Shown one piece after another: positions 1 through 9,599 of a stretch of DNA of 64,000 nt. The stretch's first letter is position 1; each line of letters starts with the position of its first letter. Both the position numbers and the translations under genes were made by a program. The notes beneath the pieces were generated by a model, which did not search any database, was not told the origin of the DNA, and saw only the letters and a program-made list of their open reading frames with translations. Where the stretch lies: NCBI GenBank assembly GCA_963666285.1, contig OY762711.1. One strand, 5' to 3'. This DNA comes from Sedimentisphaerales bacterium (lineage in GTDB: Bacteria > Planctomycetota > Phycisphaerae > Sedimentisphaerales > SM23-30).

Positions 1-515
1 AAGGAGATGTCGGCCTGATGGACGAATCAGGTCGTGTAATCGAACAGAAAGAGACCGTGCCGATACGTGTGCATAGCGAATGTCTGACAGGAGATATATT
101 CCATTCGATGCGTTGCGATTGCGGTAACCAGCTTCATGAAGCGATGCGATATATAGAGAAGCATGGTAAGGGTGCGGTTATTTACCTAAGGCAGGAGGGT
201 CGAGGAATCGGCCTGGCAGCGAAATTGAAAGCATATAAGCTACAGCAGCAGGGAATGGATACAGTGCAGGCAAATGAGGCATTGGGCTTTAATGCCGATA
301 AGCGAGACTATGGTCTGGGAGCGCATATATGCCGTGATCTAGGTATAAGCAAGGTTGTGAATCTAACGAATAACCCGATCAAGACCGAACGTCTTAGAGT
401 TTATGGTATAACAGTGGAAGAGCAGATACCAATCGAATTTCCGCCGAATGAACATAACTATAGATATATGAAGACTAAAAAAGATTTGATGGGGCACTGC
501 CTCAGGCATATATAA
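1..515 (+). CDS. ribBA: GTP cyclohydrolase II domain; 3' end of a probable RibBA, 5'-truncated by the window edge
   Basis: RVHSECLTGD, RCDCG, YLRQEGRGIGL and LTNNP motifs; the frame is open upstream of the listed ATG (GDVG...). Confidence 0.9.
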   Translation, partial: GDVGLMDESGRVIEQKETVPIRVHSECLTGDIFHSMRCDCGNQLHEAMRYIEKHGKGAVIYLRQEGRGIGLAAKLKAYKLQQQGMDTVQANEALGFNADKRDYGLGAHICRDLGISKVVNLTNNPIKTERLRVYGITVEEQIPIEFPPNEHNYRYMKTKKDLMGHCLRHI

Positions 516-573
516 AATCCGTTTGTCCAGGGTAAAAAATGGGCAAATGGTAAAATATTTTGAATATAGCGAT

Positions 574-615
574 ATCAGGTTTCCTAATAGTTTTAAGGGA
601 ACCTGATTTTTTTTT
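574..615 (+). terminator. Intrinsic terminator after ribBA
   Basis: ATCAGGTTTCC-loop-GGGAACCTGAT followed by a T-run. Confidence 0.7.
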
Positions 616-901
616 GCATTTGGTATGTCCATTTGGCTAAAAATATGATTTATTGGTATTGGTAGCAATATATTCTTGTAAAGTGCGGTTTTAAATATGA
701 CGATTTAATAGAGGAGGAGTGAAAAGGGCTTAAATTAGTTTGTTGAGGGAAAACAGCTATGGTATTGGATTTATGTGTTTGACGGTATCTATAGTGTAGT
801 TAGAATGACGAATATATCCATTATAGATAATTAAGAACGCACTTAAATTTGTTAATACATTAAATATTCAGATAATGTGAGATCTAAAAGGAGATGTACT
901 A

Positions 902-1519
902 ATGTCAAGATGTTTTGCTTTGGTTCAGGTGTTTCTAGCCTGTTTGTCTGTTTCTCTGGATGCTGCAATAATCGATTTTGAAGATTTGTATGCAGGCATG
1001 GATAAAGATAGTACAGATATGATGGCGATCCCTGTGGGCTATCAGGGCTTAAACTGGAGTGACAACTTTGGAGTATATCCGGTAGATCAGGTTTCAAATA
1101 TAACTGGTGAAGGTTATGGAAATGGTTTGATAGGCAACGCTGCAGTGTCAACGCAAGGCCCGGAGAGTGGAAACCAGGTAGTCATTTCGTCTGAGTATGA
1201 GTTTGACTTCAATGGAGCGTATATAACATCAGCATTTAAAGAGAATCAGGATGTCTGGGTATTTGGCTATAAGGGTGATGTGCTGCTTTATTATGAGATA
1301 GTATTTGCAACTTATCTTCCAACTTCCAATCCATTCACTTTTGATTTCCAGGGGATTGACAAGTTGGTTATCACGCCCGGTTTTGGCGGAAAAAGCTATC
1401 AATCAGATCTGTTTAATAATCATATTATTATTGACAATATTGACATCTATGTGCCGGAGCCGATGGTGCTGTCTATGCTGTCAATTGGCGGATTCCTCAT
1501 ATTTAGACGGCAGAGGTAA
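902..1519 (+). CDS. PEP-CTERM sorting-domain protein
   Basis: N-terminal signal peptide; C-terminal VPEP + hydrophobic helix + RRQR; AGGAG RBS. Confidence 0.85.
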   Translation: MSRCFALVQVFLACLSVSLDAAIIDFEDLYAGMDKDSTDMMAIPVGYQGLNWSDNFGVYPVDQVSNITGEGYGNGLIGNAAVSTQGPESGNQVVISSEYEFDFNGAYITSAFKENQDVWVFGYKGDVLLYYEIVFATYLPTSNPFTFDFQGIDKLVITPGFGGKSYQSDLFNNHIIIDNIDIYVPEPMVLSMLSIGGFLIFRRQR

Positions 1520-1555
1520 TATCTATAATTCAAAAAAGTATATGAAAAACAATAT

Positions 1556-1586
1556 AACCGGTGGGTAAAACCATCGGTTTTTTTTT
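1556..1586 (+). terminator. Intrinsic terminator
   Basis: AACCGGTGG-gtaaaa-CCATCGGTT followed by a T-run. Confidence 0.75.
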
Positions 1587-1744
1587 GTGAGATTTCAAAG
1601 ACGGAACGCCGGTTTCATATGTGAAATAGAATTTATTTGTGTATCTCCACGTTAAATATTTATTTGTCAAATTTGTGGTAGAGTGCTAAAATAATGCTAT
1701 AGGTTTGGCTATATGAGTGACTATTTTGATGAGGAGATTAAACC

Positions 1745-2992
1745 ATGAAGCGTCTGGTATTTGTGTTAGTACTGTTATTTTCTTTCGTTTCTTTTGCTGA
1801 TGAGTGGCTGGATCCGACGAATGTTCGGGTTTCATCTTATAGCTCAAGTGCAAATTTACCGAGGTATGCGGTAAATGGAGCCGGTTTAGCTACCGGTTTA
1901 GATAATCATAGTATGAGCTGTCCGGAGACGATGTGGAAGACAGCGTTTGCGGCAGGTAATTGGGCCGGCTGGTTTGAGGTAGATTTGGGTGAGGTATGTG
2001 ATCTTAGTACTATGGTGTTATATAATTTTAATGATAAGTCTACCGATATTGACGCGACAGATGTTGGAGTTGGCCCGTTTCAGGTGCTGGTATCTGATAA
2101 TGGCGTGGACTATGTTCCAGTGGATGGAGTCTGGGTAGCAGCAAAATCACCCGGTAAAGATACCGAGGAGCCTATAGTTTACGATACTGGTTGTCCGCCG
2201 CAGGAGTTTCCATTAAATATTACAGCACGTTTTATCAAACTTGATATATTTGATAATCACGGTTACAGGCATACAGTAAATGGGGTGGTAGGTTTGTCCG
2301 AGCTGCGATTTTATGGAACGGCAACCGGTACAGGCAGAAATATTTCACCATCAGAGTTTACCGTAACGGCATCTTCAACGACAAGAGGAGATGTTCAATA
2401 CCTGGTTGATGGTACCGGATTATTGGAGGGGACTTACGGTGGGCATCAATGGCATAATGGTACTGGTGATGGTGAAACAGGTTGGTCCGGTAGTAAAGAT
2501 GTTGACGGTAAGGTAACACTAACGTTTAATTTTAATAATCCAACTAACCTAGCAGCAGTACAGATATGGAATCTGGCAATGTGGTTTGGTGGAGGCGAAG
2601 CGACAAAGGAATTTCGATTACAGGTAAAACAGGTTGGGCAGTCGGATTATGTAGAGGTAGTAAACGGTTCCATAGAGGGCGGTTCAGTAACAGATTATGA
2701 TTATTCCAAGATGTTTGCAATTAACACAACGGATGTAGTATCGGCCAAGTTGGTAGTAGATTCAACCTGGTATGAAGGAGCGGCGACGGCAGCATTATCA
2801 GAAGTACATTTTGTCGAGATGCCGGTGCAGGCTATGCCATATGTTAACCTGGAAGAATTTGAGGTTATAGCCAGATACTGGCAGATGACAGGTTGTGATT
2901 TAACCCAGCCGTGTGTGGAAGCAGACTGGTATTATGACGGTACAATCGATATTCTGGACCTGCAGCAGCTGGCGGTAAACTGGCTGAAGTAA
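1745..2992 (+). CDS. Secreted protein with two discoidin/F5-8 type C-like domains and a C-terminal dockerin-like tail
   Basis: Signal peptide; WFEVDLG...ARFIKL...GLSELRFY repeated as LTFNF...LSEVHF; tail ADWYYDGTIDILDLQQLAVNWL. Confidence 0.7.
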   Translation: MKRLVFVLVLLFSFVSFADEWLDPTNVRVSSYSSSANLPRYAVNGAGLATGLDNHSMSCPETMWKTAFAAGNWAGWFEVDLGEVCDLSTMVLYNFNDKSTDIDATDVGVGPFQVLVSDNGVDYVPVDGVWVAAKSPGKDTEEPIVYDTGCPPQEFPLNITARFIKLDIFDNHGYRHTVNGVVGLSELRFYGTATGTGRNISPSEFTVTASSTTRGDVQYLVDGTGLLEGTYGGHQWHNGTGDGETGWSGSKDVDGKVTLTFNFNNPTNLAAVQIWNLAMWFGGGEATKEFRLQVKQVGQSDYVEVVNGSIEGGSVTDYDYSKMFAINTTDVVSAKLVVDSTWYEGAATAALSEVHFVEMPVQAMPYVNLEEFEVIARYWQMTGCDLTQPCVEADWYYDGTIDILDLQQLAVNWLK

Positions 2993-3201
2993 TGGTTCAA
3001 ATTCAGGCAGGCTTTGTTGTCAGGTCATACATCAAGTGAAAACTATGTGCTGCGAGCAGCTATTTTGCTTGTCAGGAATAAAGAATATCGATTCGACTTT
3101 TAACGAAATACCGGATACAATTATGCAGTTCAATGTGTGAATGAAATGTCAGGCAACTTTCAGAGGTTGCGAATATTTTTTGCAGGATTGTATACGCATC
3201 T

Positions 3202-4722
3202 ATGGATAATAAGTTATTAAAGCTTCGGTCGATATTGAAGAATATCTCTGTTTTTGAGTCGTCAGTGGGTTTGTTATATTGGGATCAGGCAACACATATG
3301 CCTTCGGGAGCGGCCAAATCCAGGGCAGAGCAGTTGTCGCTGCTGGAGAATCATATTCATTCTTTGTTTACTTGCGATGAGGTAGGCGAGCTGCTGGAGG
3401 GATTGAAAGATTACCAGAAAACACTGCCGGAAGATAGTGATGATTATTGCCTGCTGCGAAATTTGGGCAGGTTGTACAAGCAGAAGCGGGCAGTACCTTC
3501 AGATTTTGTAAAGAAGTTTTCCAGGCATGTTTCCAGTTCTTATAATGCATGGGTAAAAGCCCGGAAAGAGAATGATTTTTCCGTTATGGTTCCTTACCTG
3601 GAGCAGACCCTGGAATACAGCAGGGAGTGGAGTAGTTTTTTTGATGGATATGGCCATGTAATTGATCCACTTATTGATGTTCATGATGAAGGGATGACGT
3701 TTGAAAGCGTAAGCAAGTTGTTTTCCGATTTGAGAGAAAAGCTCTTACCGCTGGTACATGCCGTATGTGAGCAACCAGAAATAGATAACAGGTGTTTGTA
3801 TCAATATTATCCTGCGAAACAACAGATGGAGTTTTCCAAGCATGTGGTAAAAAGGATGGGTTTTGATTTTAAACGCGGCAGCCTGGATATAAGCCCTCAT
3901 CCGTTTATGGCAAATGTAGCGTGTGGAGATATTCGATTAACGACCAGGGTAGAAGAGAACAGGCTGGATGAATGTCTGTTTAGCACAATTCATGAAGCGG
4001 GCCATGGAATGTATGGCCAGGGCATAAACCGCAAACTGGTATTTACCCCGCTTGATAAAGGGGTATCGAGCGGTGTGCATGAAAGTCAATCGCGGCTATG
4101 GGAAAATATAGTTGCCAGGAGTTTTGACTTCTGGAAATATTTTTATTCTCAGCTCAAGAAAACCTTTTCTGTGCAGCTGGCAGATATTACCCTTGAGGAT
4201 TTTCATCGTTCAATTAATAAGGTGTATAAATCCCTTATCCGGACGGATGCAGATGAGTTGACGTATAACCTGCATGTGATTATCAGGTTTGATCTTGAGG
4301 TAGATCTTTTGGAAGGGCGGTTGGCAGTGAAAGACCTTGCTGATGCCTGGAATGCAAGGTATGAATCTGATCTGGGGGTAGTTCCAAGTAATCATTCAGA
4401 GGGTGTGCTTCAGGATGGTCACTGGTATGACTGGCATATAGGAGGTGCTTTCCAGGGTTATGCTATAGGTAATATAGCCAGTGCCCAGATATACAGGTCG
4501 GCGTTAAAGGCAAATCCTGATATTCCAAACCAGATTTCGCAGGGTAATTTTAAGGTGCTTCACAGCTGGCTGGTTGATAATGTTTATAGTCATGGCAGTA
4601 AGTTTTCCCCAGATAATCTCATAAACAGGGTGACTGGTAGATCGCTGGAGACGGCGGACTATATAAATTACCTTGTGGAAAAGTATAATGTTATATACCC
4701 AGAACTGAAATGGCAGATTTGA
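3202..4722 (+). CDS. Carboxypeptidase, family M32 (Taq-type)
   Basis: HPF, HEAGH zinc motif, HESQSRLWEN, IRTDADELTY and GVLQDGHW. Confidence 0.93.
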   Translation: MDNKLLKLRSILKNISVFESSVGLLYWDQATHMPSGAAKSRAEQLSLLENHIHSLFTCDEVGELLEGLKDYQKTLPEDSDDYCLLRNLGRLYKQKRAVPSDFVKKFSRHVSSSYNAWVKARKENDFSVMVPYLEQTLEYSREWSSFFDGYGHVIDPLIDVHDEGMTFESVSKLFSDLREKLLPLVHAVCEQPEIDNRCLYQYYPAKQQMEFSKHVVKRMGFDFKRGSLDISPHPFMANVACGDIRLTTRVEENRLDECLFSTIHEAGHGMYGQGINRKLVFTPLDKGVSSGVHESQSRLWENIVARSFDFWKYFYSQLKKTFSVQLADITLEDFHRSINKVYKSLIRTDADELTYNLHVIIRFDLEVDLLEGRLAVKDLADAWNARYESDLGVVPSNHSEGVLQDGHWYDWHIGGAFQGYAIGNIASAQIYRSALKANPDIPNQISQGNFKVLHSWLVDNVYSHGSKFSPDNLINRVTGRSLETADYINYLVEKYNVIYPELKWQI

Positions 4723-4793
4723 AGCCAGGCGGTTTTGAGAAAATATTAAAGGAATAAAACTTTTCATTTATTGGAGTTTTTTCTTGAATGATG

Positions 4794-4819
4794 TTTGCGT
4801 ATTTGGCAAAATAAGCAAA
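4794..4819. promoter_or_regulatory. Probable ArsR/SmtB-type operator
   Basis: Imperfect palindrome TTTGCGTATTTGG|CAAAATAAGCAAA about 30 nt upstream of the arsR-family start, next to TTGAAT. Confidence 0.65.
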
Positions 4820-4849
4820 TAGTTAAATATTGATAATAATGCATAAAAA

Positions 4850-5164
4850 ATGGATAACGTTATAAACAGCAACAATTTAGATCAGGAAGTGGCAGTATTT
4901 AAGGCACTTGCACATCCTACCCGTTTAAGGATAGTTCAGGAACTTTCTGAGAGCAGCAAGTGTGTGAACGAACTGCATAATTCAGTGGGGAATGATGTGT
5001 CAACAGTATCAAGGCATATATCTGTTCTAAAGAATGCCGGGATTGTAAGCGGAAACAAGATCGGTTTGCAGGTATTTTATTCACTGGATATGGCTTGTGT
5101 AATTAATTTTATTAGCTGTATTGGTGATAAGTGTGTACAAGACGGTGAAGGCTGCTGTGAGTAA
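4850..5164 (+). CDS. ArsR/SmtB family transcriptional regulator
   Basis: FKALAHPTRLRI, CVNEL and STVSRHISVLKNAG; Cys-rich C-terminus. Confidence 0.9.
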   Translation: MDNVINSNNLDQEVAVFKALAHPTRLRIVQELSESSKCVNELHNSVGNDVSTVSRHISVLKNAGIVSGNKIGLQVFYSLDMACVINFISCIGDKCVQDGEGCCE

Positions 5165-5178
5165 CAGGAAGGTTTATA

Positions 5179-5409
5179 ATGAAGATACAGATATTAGGAA
5201 CAGGATGTAAGAAATGTAATAACCTGGCAGATGCGGCCGATGCGGCAGCAAAAGAGCTTGGTATCGATTATGAGCTGGAAAAGGTAACCCAGCTTGCTGA
5301 TATAATGGCAATGGGGGTAATGAATACGCCGGCCCTGGCGATTGATGGAGAAGTGAAGCTGACAGGTAAGGTGCCTTCAGTTGACGAACTCAAAAAGATC
5401 TTAGGTTAA
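5179..5409 (+). CDS. Small redox-active disulfide protein (MTH895-like thioredoxin family)
   Basis: ILGTGCKKC and GVMNTPALAIDG. Confidence 0.9.
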   Translation: MKIQILGTGCKKCNNLADAADAAAKELGIDYELEKVTQLADIMAMGVMNTPALAIDGEVKLTGKVPSVDELKKILG

Positions 5410-5420
5410 GGAGTATTATC

Positions 5421-5792
5421 ATGGCTGATTGTTCTGTAAAAAGCGGAGAAAGTGCAAAGCTTATATTTTCATGCAGTGGTGCAGCAGATGTTGGCGAGTT
5501 GTCCGATAAAGTTGCACGCGGACTAACCAAAGATGGCGTAGGTAAGATGTTTTGCCTGGCAGGAGTTGGCGGTCGTGTGCCGGGAATAATGAAGATGACA
5601 GAATCGGCTGGTGATATCCTGGCGATTGACGGCTGCGAACTTCATTGTGTGGCAAAATGCCTGAAAGAGGCCGGCTTTGACAGTTTTAAGCATGCGGTGA
5701 TAACTGATATGGGAATGTCAAAGGGTAGTACTTCGGTTGACCAGGAAAATATTGATAAAGTATCGTTTAAATGTAAAGAGATAATGCAATAA
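5421..5792 (+). CDS. DGC-domain putative zinc-binding protein
   Basis: FSCSGAADVG, MFCLAG and AIDGCELHC. Confidence 0.85.
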   Translation: MADCSVKSGESAKLIFSCSGAADVGELSDKVARGLTKDGVGKMFCLAGVGGRVPGIMKMTESAGDILAIDGCELHCVAKCLKEAGFDSFKHAVITDMGMSKGSTSVDQENIDKVSFKCKEIMQ

Positions 5793-5797
5793 AGGAA

Positions 5798-6304
5798 ATG
5801 CTAATGAATAATGTATTTTTGAAACTATCGATTATTGTCTGTCTGTTGTTTGCGATAGGATTTGTTGTTGCAAAAAAGAACAGTTCTTCTTGTGGAGATG
5901 AATGTGTTACAGATTCTACAGTAAAAGAGAGTTGCTCTTCTTGTGCCGGTTGTGCGGCAGGCGGCTGTGGGGATAAAAAAGTTAATCTGGACGATATCGA
6001 TCTCCTTTCAGACTTAGCCGAAGAAGGTTTGCCGAAGATGATTGATTTTGGCAAAAATGAGTGTATACCCTGTAAGATGATGGAGCCTGTTCTGGAGAGT
6101 ATGCGAAAGAACTATGCCGGGAAACTGGAGGTAGAGTTTATCAATACCGAACTAGATCCAGCATCGGTAGAGAAATTCAATATAAGAGGCATACCTTGCC
6201 AGGTTTTTCTGGATGAAGCAGGGAATGAGATATTTCGTAATGTAGGTTTCTTGCCAGAAGAAGATATTATGGCAAAATGGAAAGAGTTTGGTTTTGAGTT
6301 TTAG
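5798..6304 (+). CDS. Membrane-anchored thioredoxin-family protein with Cys-rich linker
   Basis: N-terminal hydrophobic helix; DFGKNECIPCKMM (CxxC); IP cis-Pro loop. Confidence 0.85.
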   Translation: MLMNNVFLKLSIIVCLLFAIGFVVAKKNSSSCGDECVTDSTVKESCSSCAGCAAGGCGDKKVNLDDIDLLSDLAEEGLPKMIDFGKNECIPCKMMEPVLESMRKNYAGKLEVEFINTELDPASVEKFNIRGIPCQVFLDEAGNEIFRNVGFLPEEDIMAKWKEFGFEF

Positions 6305-6318
6305 AGAGAATTTGTTTT

Positions 6319-7017
6319 ATGCTGGAGCAGTTATTTACCGACTTGACAAACTGGATTGAAGGTGCGTGGTATATCGCATTGCTGGTATCGTTTGCCTGGG
6401 GAGTGTTGAGTGTAATATTGAGTCCCTGCCACCTTGCGAGTATACCGCTAATTGTCGGTTTTATTGACGGGCAGGGTAAGTTGACTACAGGTCGTGCGTT
6501 TGGCATATCGACAGTATTTTCAGCAGGTATTCTGTTAACTATTGCTGCAATAGGTATTATAACATCTTTTGTTGGCGGCATAATAGGTGATATTGGAAGT
6601 TGGGTGAACTACCTGGTGGCAATATTGTTTTTTGTATTTGGCCTGCATTTACTGGAGGTTTTTGAGTTGCCATTTAGCGGTCCTGGTCAAGTCGGGTTTA
6701 AAGGTAAGGGGATTTTGGCGTCATTTATTTTGGGTCTTGTATTTGGCCTGGCACTTGGTCCTTGTACATTTGCGTTTATGGCACCGGTATTGGGTGTTGT
6801 GCTTAAGCAAGGAACAGAGAATATAATATTTGGTGCAATGTTGATGCTTTTATATGGTATTGGTCATTGTTCGGTAATAATTTTTGCAGGCACATTTTCT
6901 AATGTAGTTCAGGTATATTTAAATTGGAATGAGAAAAGTAAAGGTGCGATTATTATCCGGCGATTATGCGGTGTGTTGGTACTGGTTGCCGGTCTTTGGA
7001 TGATTTATATTGCATAA
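6319..7017 (+). CDS. ccdA: CcdA/DsbD transmembrane electron-transfer protein
   Basis: SPCHLASIP and GPCT redox Cys motifs; six or more TM segments. Confidence 0.85.
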   Translation: MLEQLFTDLTNWIEGAWYIALLVSFAWGVLSVILSPCHLASIPLIVGFIDGQGKLTTGRAFGISTVFSAGILLTIAAIGIITSFVGGIIGDIGSWVNYLVAILFFVFGLHLLEVFELPFSGPGQVGFKGKGILASFILGLVFGLALGPCTFAFMAPVLGVVLKQGTENIIFGAMLMLLYGIGHCSVIIFAGTFSNVVQVYLNWNEKSKGAIIIRRLCGVLVLVAGLWMIYIA

Positions 7018-7222
7018 ATATGCTATTTTGTAGATTATTATAGGACCTGTTGTTGAAAAGAGCAGTTTTGTTATTTTATCTCAATCGATGAGTGTTTTTG
7101 GTCGAATTATCATATAGTATCAGCTTATATGCAGGTATTTGAATACGAGTTGTGTTTTTTTTACATGAAGTTTAATTTGATATAAAAGTTGTTCATAATA
7201 ATTTCTTCTATTTGGAGATAGT

Positions 7223-8128
7223 ATGATCTGGAGCAAAATAAAGAGTTTCATTATTTGCCTGTTTATAATTGTTTCTATGGCAATTCGAGTAAATGCGCAC
7301 GAGCCAGAAGAAATCAAGTTCGGTATAATCCCACTTGAATCTTCAAGGATAATGTACTATCAGTTTTTGCCCCTGTCAAAATATCTAAGTGAAGAGCTGG
7401 GCGTAAATGTTAAGCTGGTTGTCGGTTTAAACTATCAGGATACAATGGATGCCCTGGGCAAGAATGAAGTTCAGATTGCATATTTGACACCAACGACATA
7501 TCCGAAGTGTGAAAAACAGAATCCAGATGCAGGTATTAAACCTATTGTTCGATTTCAGTTAAACGGAAAAGGCACATACCGTTCCTGCATAATTGTACCG
7601 ACAGAAAGCAAGATAGATGAGCTGTCAGACTTGAAAGGTAAAACATTTGCGTTTGGCAGTACTAATTCGACCTCATCGCATCTTATGCCAAGGGCTATGC
7701 TGGTTCAATCGGGAATTGATATTGATAAAGATCTGGCATCGTATAAATATCTGGGCAGTCATACGAATGTGGCAATTGGCATTAAGTGGAGCAAATACGA
7801 TGCCGGCGGAGTAAAAGAATCGGTAGCAGAGAAATATCAGAATGCAGGGACATGTAAGATAATTGCGAAGTCTAAGGATATCCCAGAGTTTCCCATATGT
7901 GTAAATAAGTATGTGGATGTCGAAATGGTTGAAAAGATTGAGAAAGCACTGTTGGAATTGAAAGTAATGGATTCTGATGACTGTGTTGACAATATAGTTT
8001 TACAGTCAATTAATAAAAAATATACAGGCTGCGAGCCGGCACGAAGTAAAGATTATGACTCTATCAGGGATATGATTGCCGATATATACGGTGACGATTT
8101 CTACAAGCGTGATATCATCCACGATTAA
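7223..8128 (+). CDS. PhnD-like phosphate/phosphonate substrate-binding protein (no adjacent permease or ATPase)
   Basis: Signal peptide; LKGKTFAFGSTNSTSSHLMP, GSHTNVA and DAGGVKES. Confidence 0.85.
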   Translation: MIWSKIKSFIICLFIIVSMAIRVNAHEPEEIKFGIIPLESSRIMYYQFLPLSKYLSEELGVNVKLVVGLNYQDTMDALGKNEVQIAYLTPTTYPKCEKQNPDAGIKPIVRFQLNGKGTYRSCIIVPTESKIDELSDLKGKTFAFGSTNSTSSHLMPRAMLVQSGIDIDKDLASYKYLGSHTNVAIGIKWSKYDAGGVKESVAEKYQNAGTCKIIAKSKDIPEFPICVNKYVDVEMVEKIEKALLELKVMDSDDCVDNIVLQSINKKYTGCEPARSKDYDSIRDMIADIYGDDFYKRDIIHD

Positions 8129-8154
8129 ATGACTTAGCCATTTTAAATTCGGTA

Positions 8155-9204
8155 TTATTTTCCGAGTATGTCTACAATTCCTTGAAGAAGAGCATTGTTT
8201 TCTTCCGGGGTACCGATGGATATCCGCACCTTATCACGCAGGCCGTCAGCGTCGAAATACCTAATGTAAATTTCATTTTCTACAAGTCTTTCGTAGATGA
8301 ATTTTGCGGCAGGTTCTTCTATTTTAGCCAGCAGGAAGTTTGTGTGACTGTCGGGAACATCAAAGCCCAGGTTACGCAAGGCCAGGGTGACTCTTTCCCG
8401 TTCAGATTTGATTTTTGCTACATTATCCAGGAAGTAGTCCTGGTCTGTCAAAGCGGCGATAGCGGCTTTTTGGGTGGCAATATTAACATTATAAGAGTCT
8501 TTGACTTTCAGCAGTGCGTCAGCGATTAACCTTGAGGTAAGGAGGTATCCGAAGCGCATACCAGCCATAGAATATCCTTTGCTGAAAGAGCGAAGGATGG
8601 CAATATTCTCAAAGCTGTTAAGCAGTCTGATGCAGTTATCTTCGGCGAAATCGGCATAAGCTTCATCGATGAGCAGGACACCGTCGAATTTTTCGGCAAA
8701 CTCGGCAATTTTTTCGGGGGAAATAAAAGAGCAAGTCGGAGCGTTAGGGTTGCAAATAATCGCCAGTTTAGCACCACAGGTTGCCAGGGTATCGGGTATG
8801 CTGTAACCAGTACTCCATGGAATTTCAATGATCGGGCAATTCTGGATGTGAGCCAGTACCGGGTATAAAGAATAAGTTGGAGTAGGATACGCCAGTGGTC
8901 TGTGACTGTCGCAACAGGCTCGAACCAGCATTGAAAGTAATTCGTCACCGCCGTTGCCGCAGATGATCTGGTCCGGTGATACTCCGTGCAGTTCAGAAGC
9001 GACTTTTCTGAAGCCTTTCCAGGTGAAGGGGGGGTAGACTTTCAGGTCTTTGGCGGTGAGGTTGGCCAGGGCTTCAAATACTTTAGGCGAGGCGGGATAG
9101 GGATTTTCGTTGGTGTTCAGCTTGATAGCTGAAGGTGAATCGGGCTGGTAGCCCGGTGTATAGCCTGCCATTTTGCGTATATTGTCGTTAAATAAGAAAT
9201 TCAT
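8155..9204 (-). CDS. hisC: Histidinol-phosphate aminotransferase
   Basis: KLNTNENPY, GNGGDE, CNPNAP, IDEAYADF and RSFSK..MAGMRFGY. Confidence 0.93.
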   Translation of the reverse strand: MNFLFNDNIRKMAGYTPGYQPDSPSAIKLNTNENPYPASPKVFEALANLTAKDLKVYPPFTWKGFRKVASELHGVSPDQIICGNGGDELLSMLVRACCDSHRPLAYPTPTYSLYPVLAHIQNCPIIEIPWSTGYSIPDTLATCGAKLAIICNPNAPTCSFISPEKIAEFAEKFDGVLLIDEAYADFAEDNCIRLLNSFENIAILRSFSKGYSMAGMRFGYLLTSRLIADALLKVKDSYNVNIATQKAAIAALTDQDYFLDNVAKIKSERERVTLALRNLGFDVPDSHTNFLLAKIEEPAAKFIYERLVENEIYIRYFDADGLRDKVRISIGTPEENNALLQGIVDILGK

Positions 9205-9599
9205 AACTTTCCTTAGTACCTATTGCTTAGAACACGGTTCATTGATCGAGAAAACTATATTTTATCATTTTGCGACTCAATTTTATATATTTGGGAAGGG
9301 AATAGCAAGGTGCAAGCACTATGAAATTTTTAAGAAATATACATAGGCCTGAAGAAGTAGGGGTGTTCAAGAGTAATTATTGCAATAGTTACTGTAAAAT
9401 ATGAGGTTTATGTTGTTGTTGTTAAAAGGCTTACATTGATAATCCATTAAAGATGGAATAGTGTTTGTCTTGACATGATACATGATAATTTGATATGATT
9501 TAATGGCTTTATAATGTTTGGAGTAAAGAAGGGTGTTCTTTTCGGGGCTTTTCCTTTTTTATTGCATTTGAATTATTATATTACTTAAGAGGAATTGGA

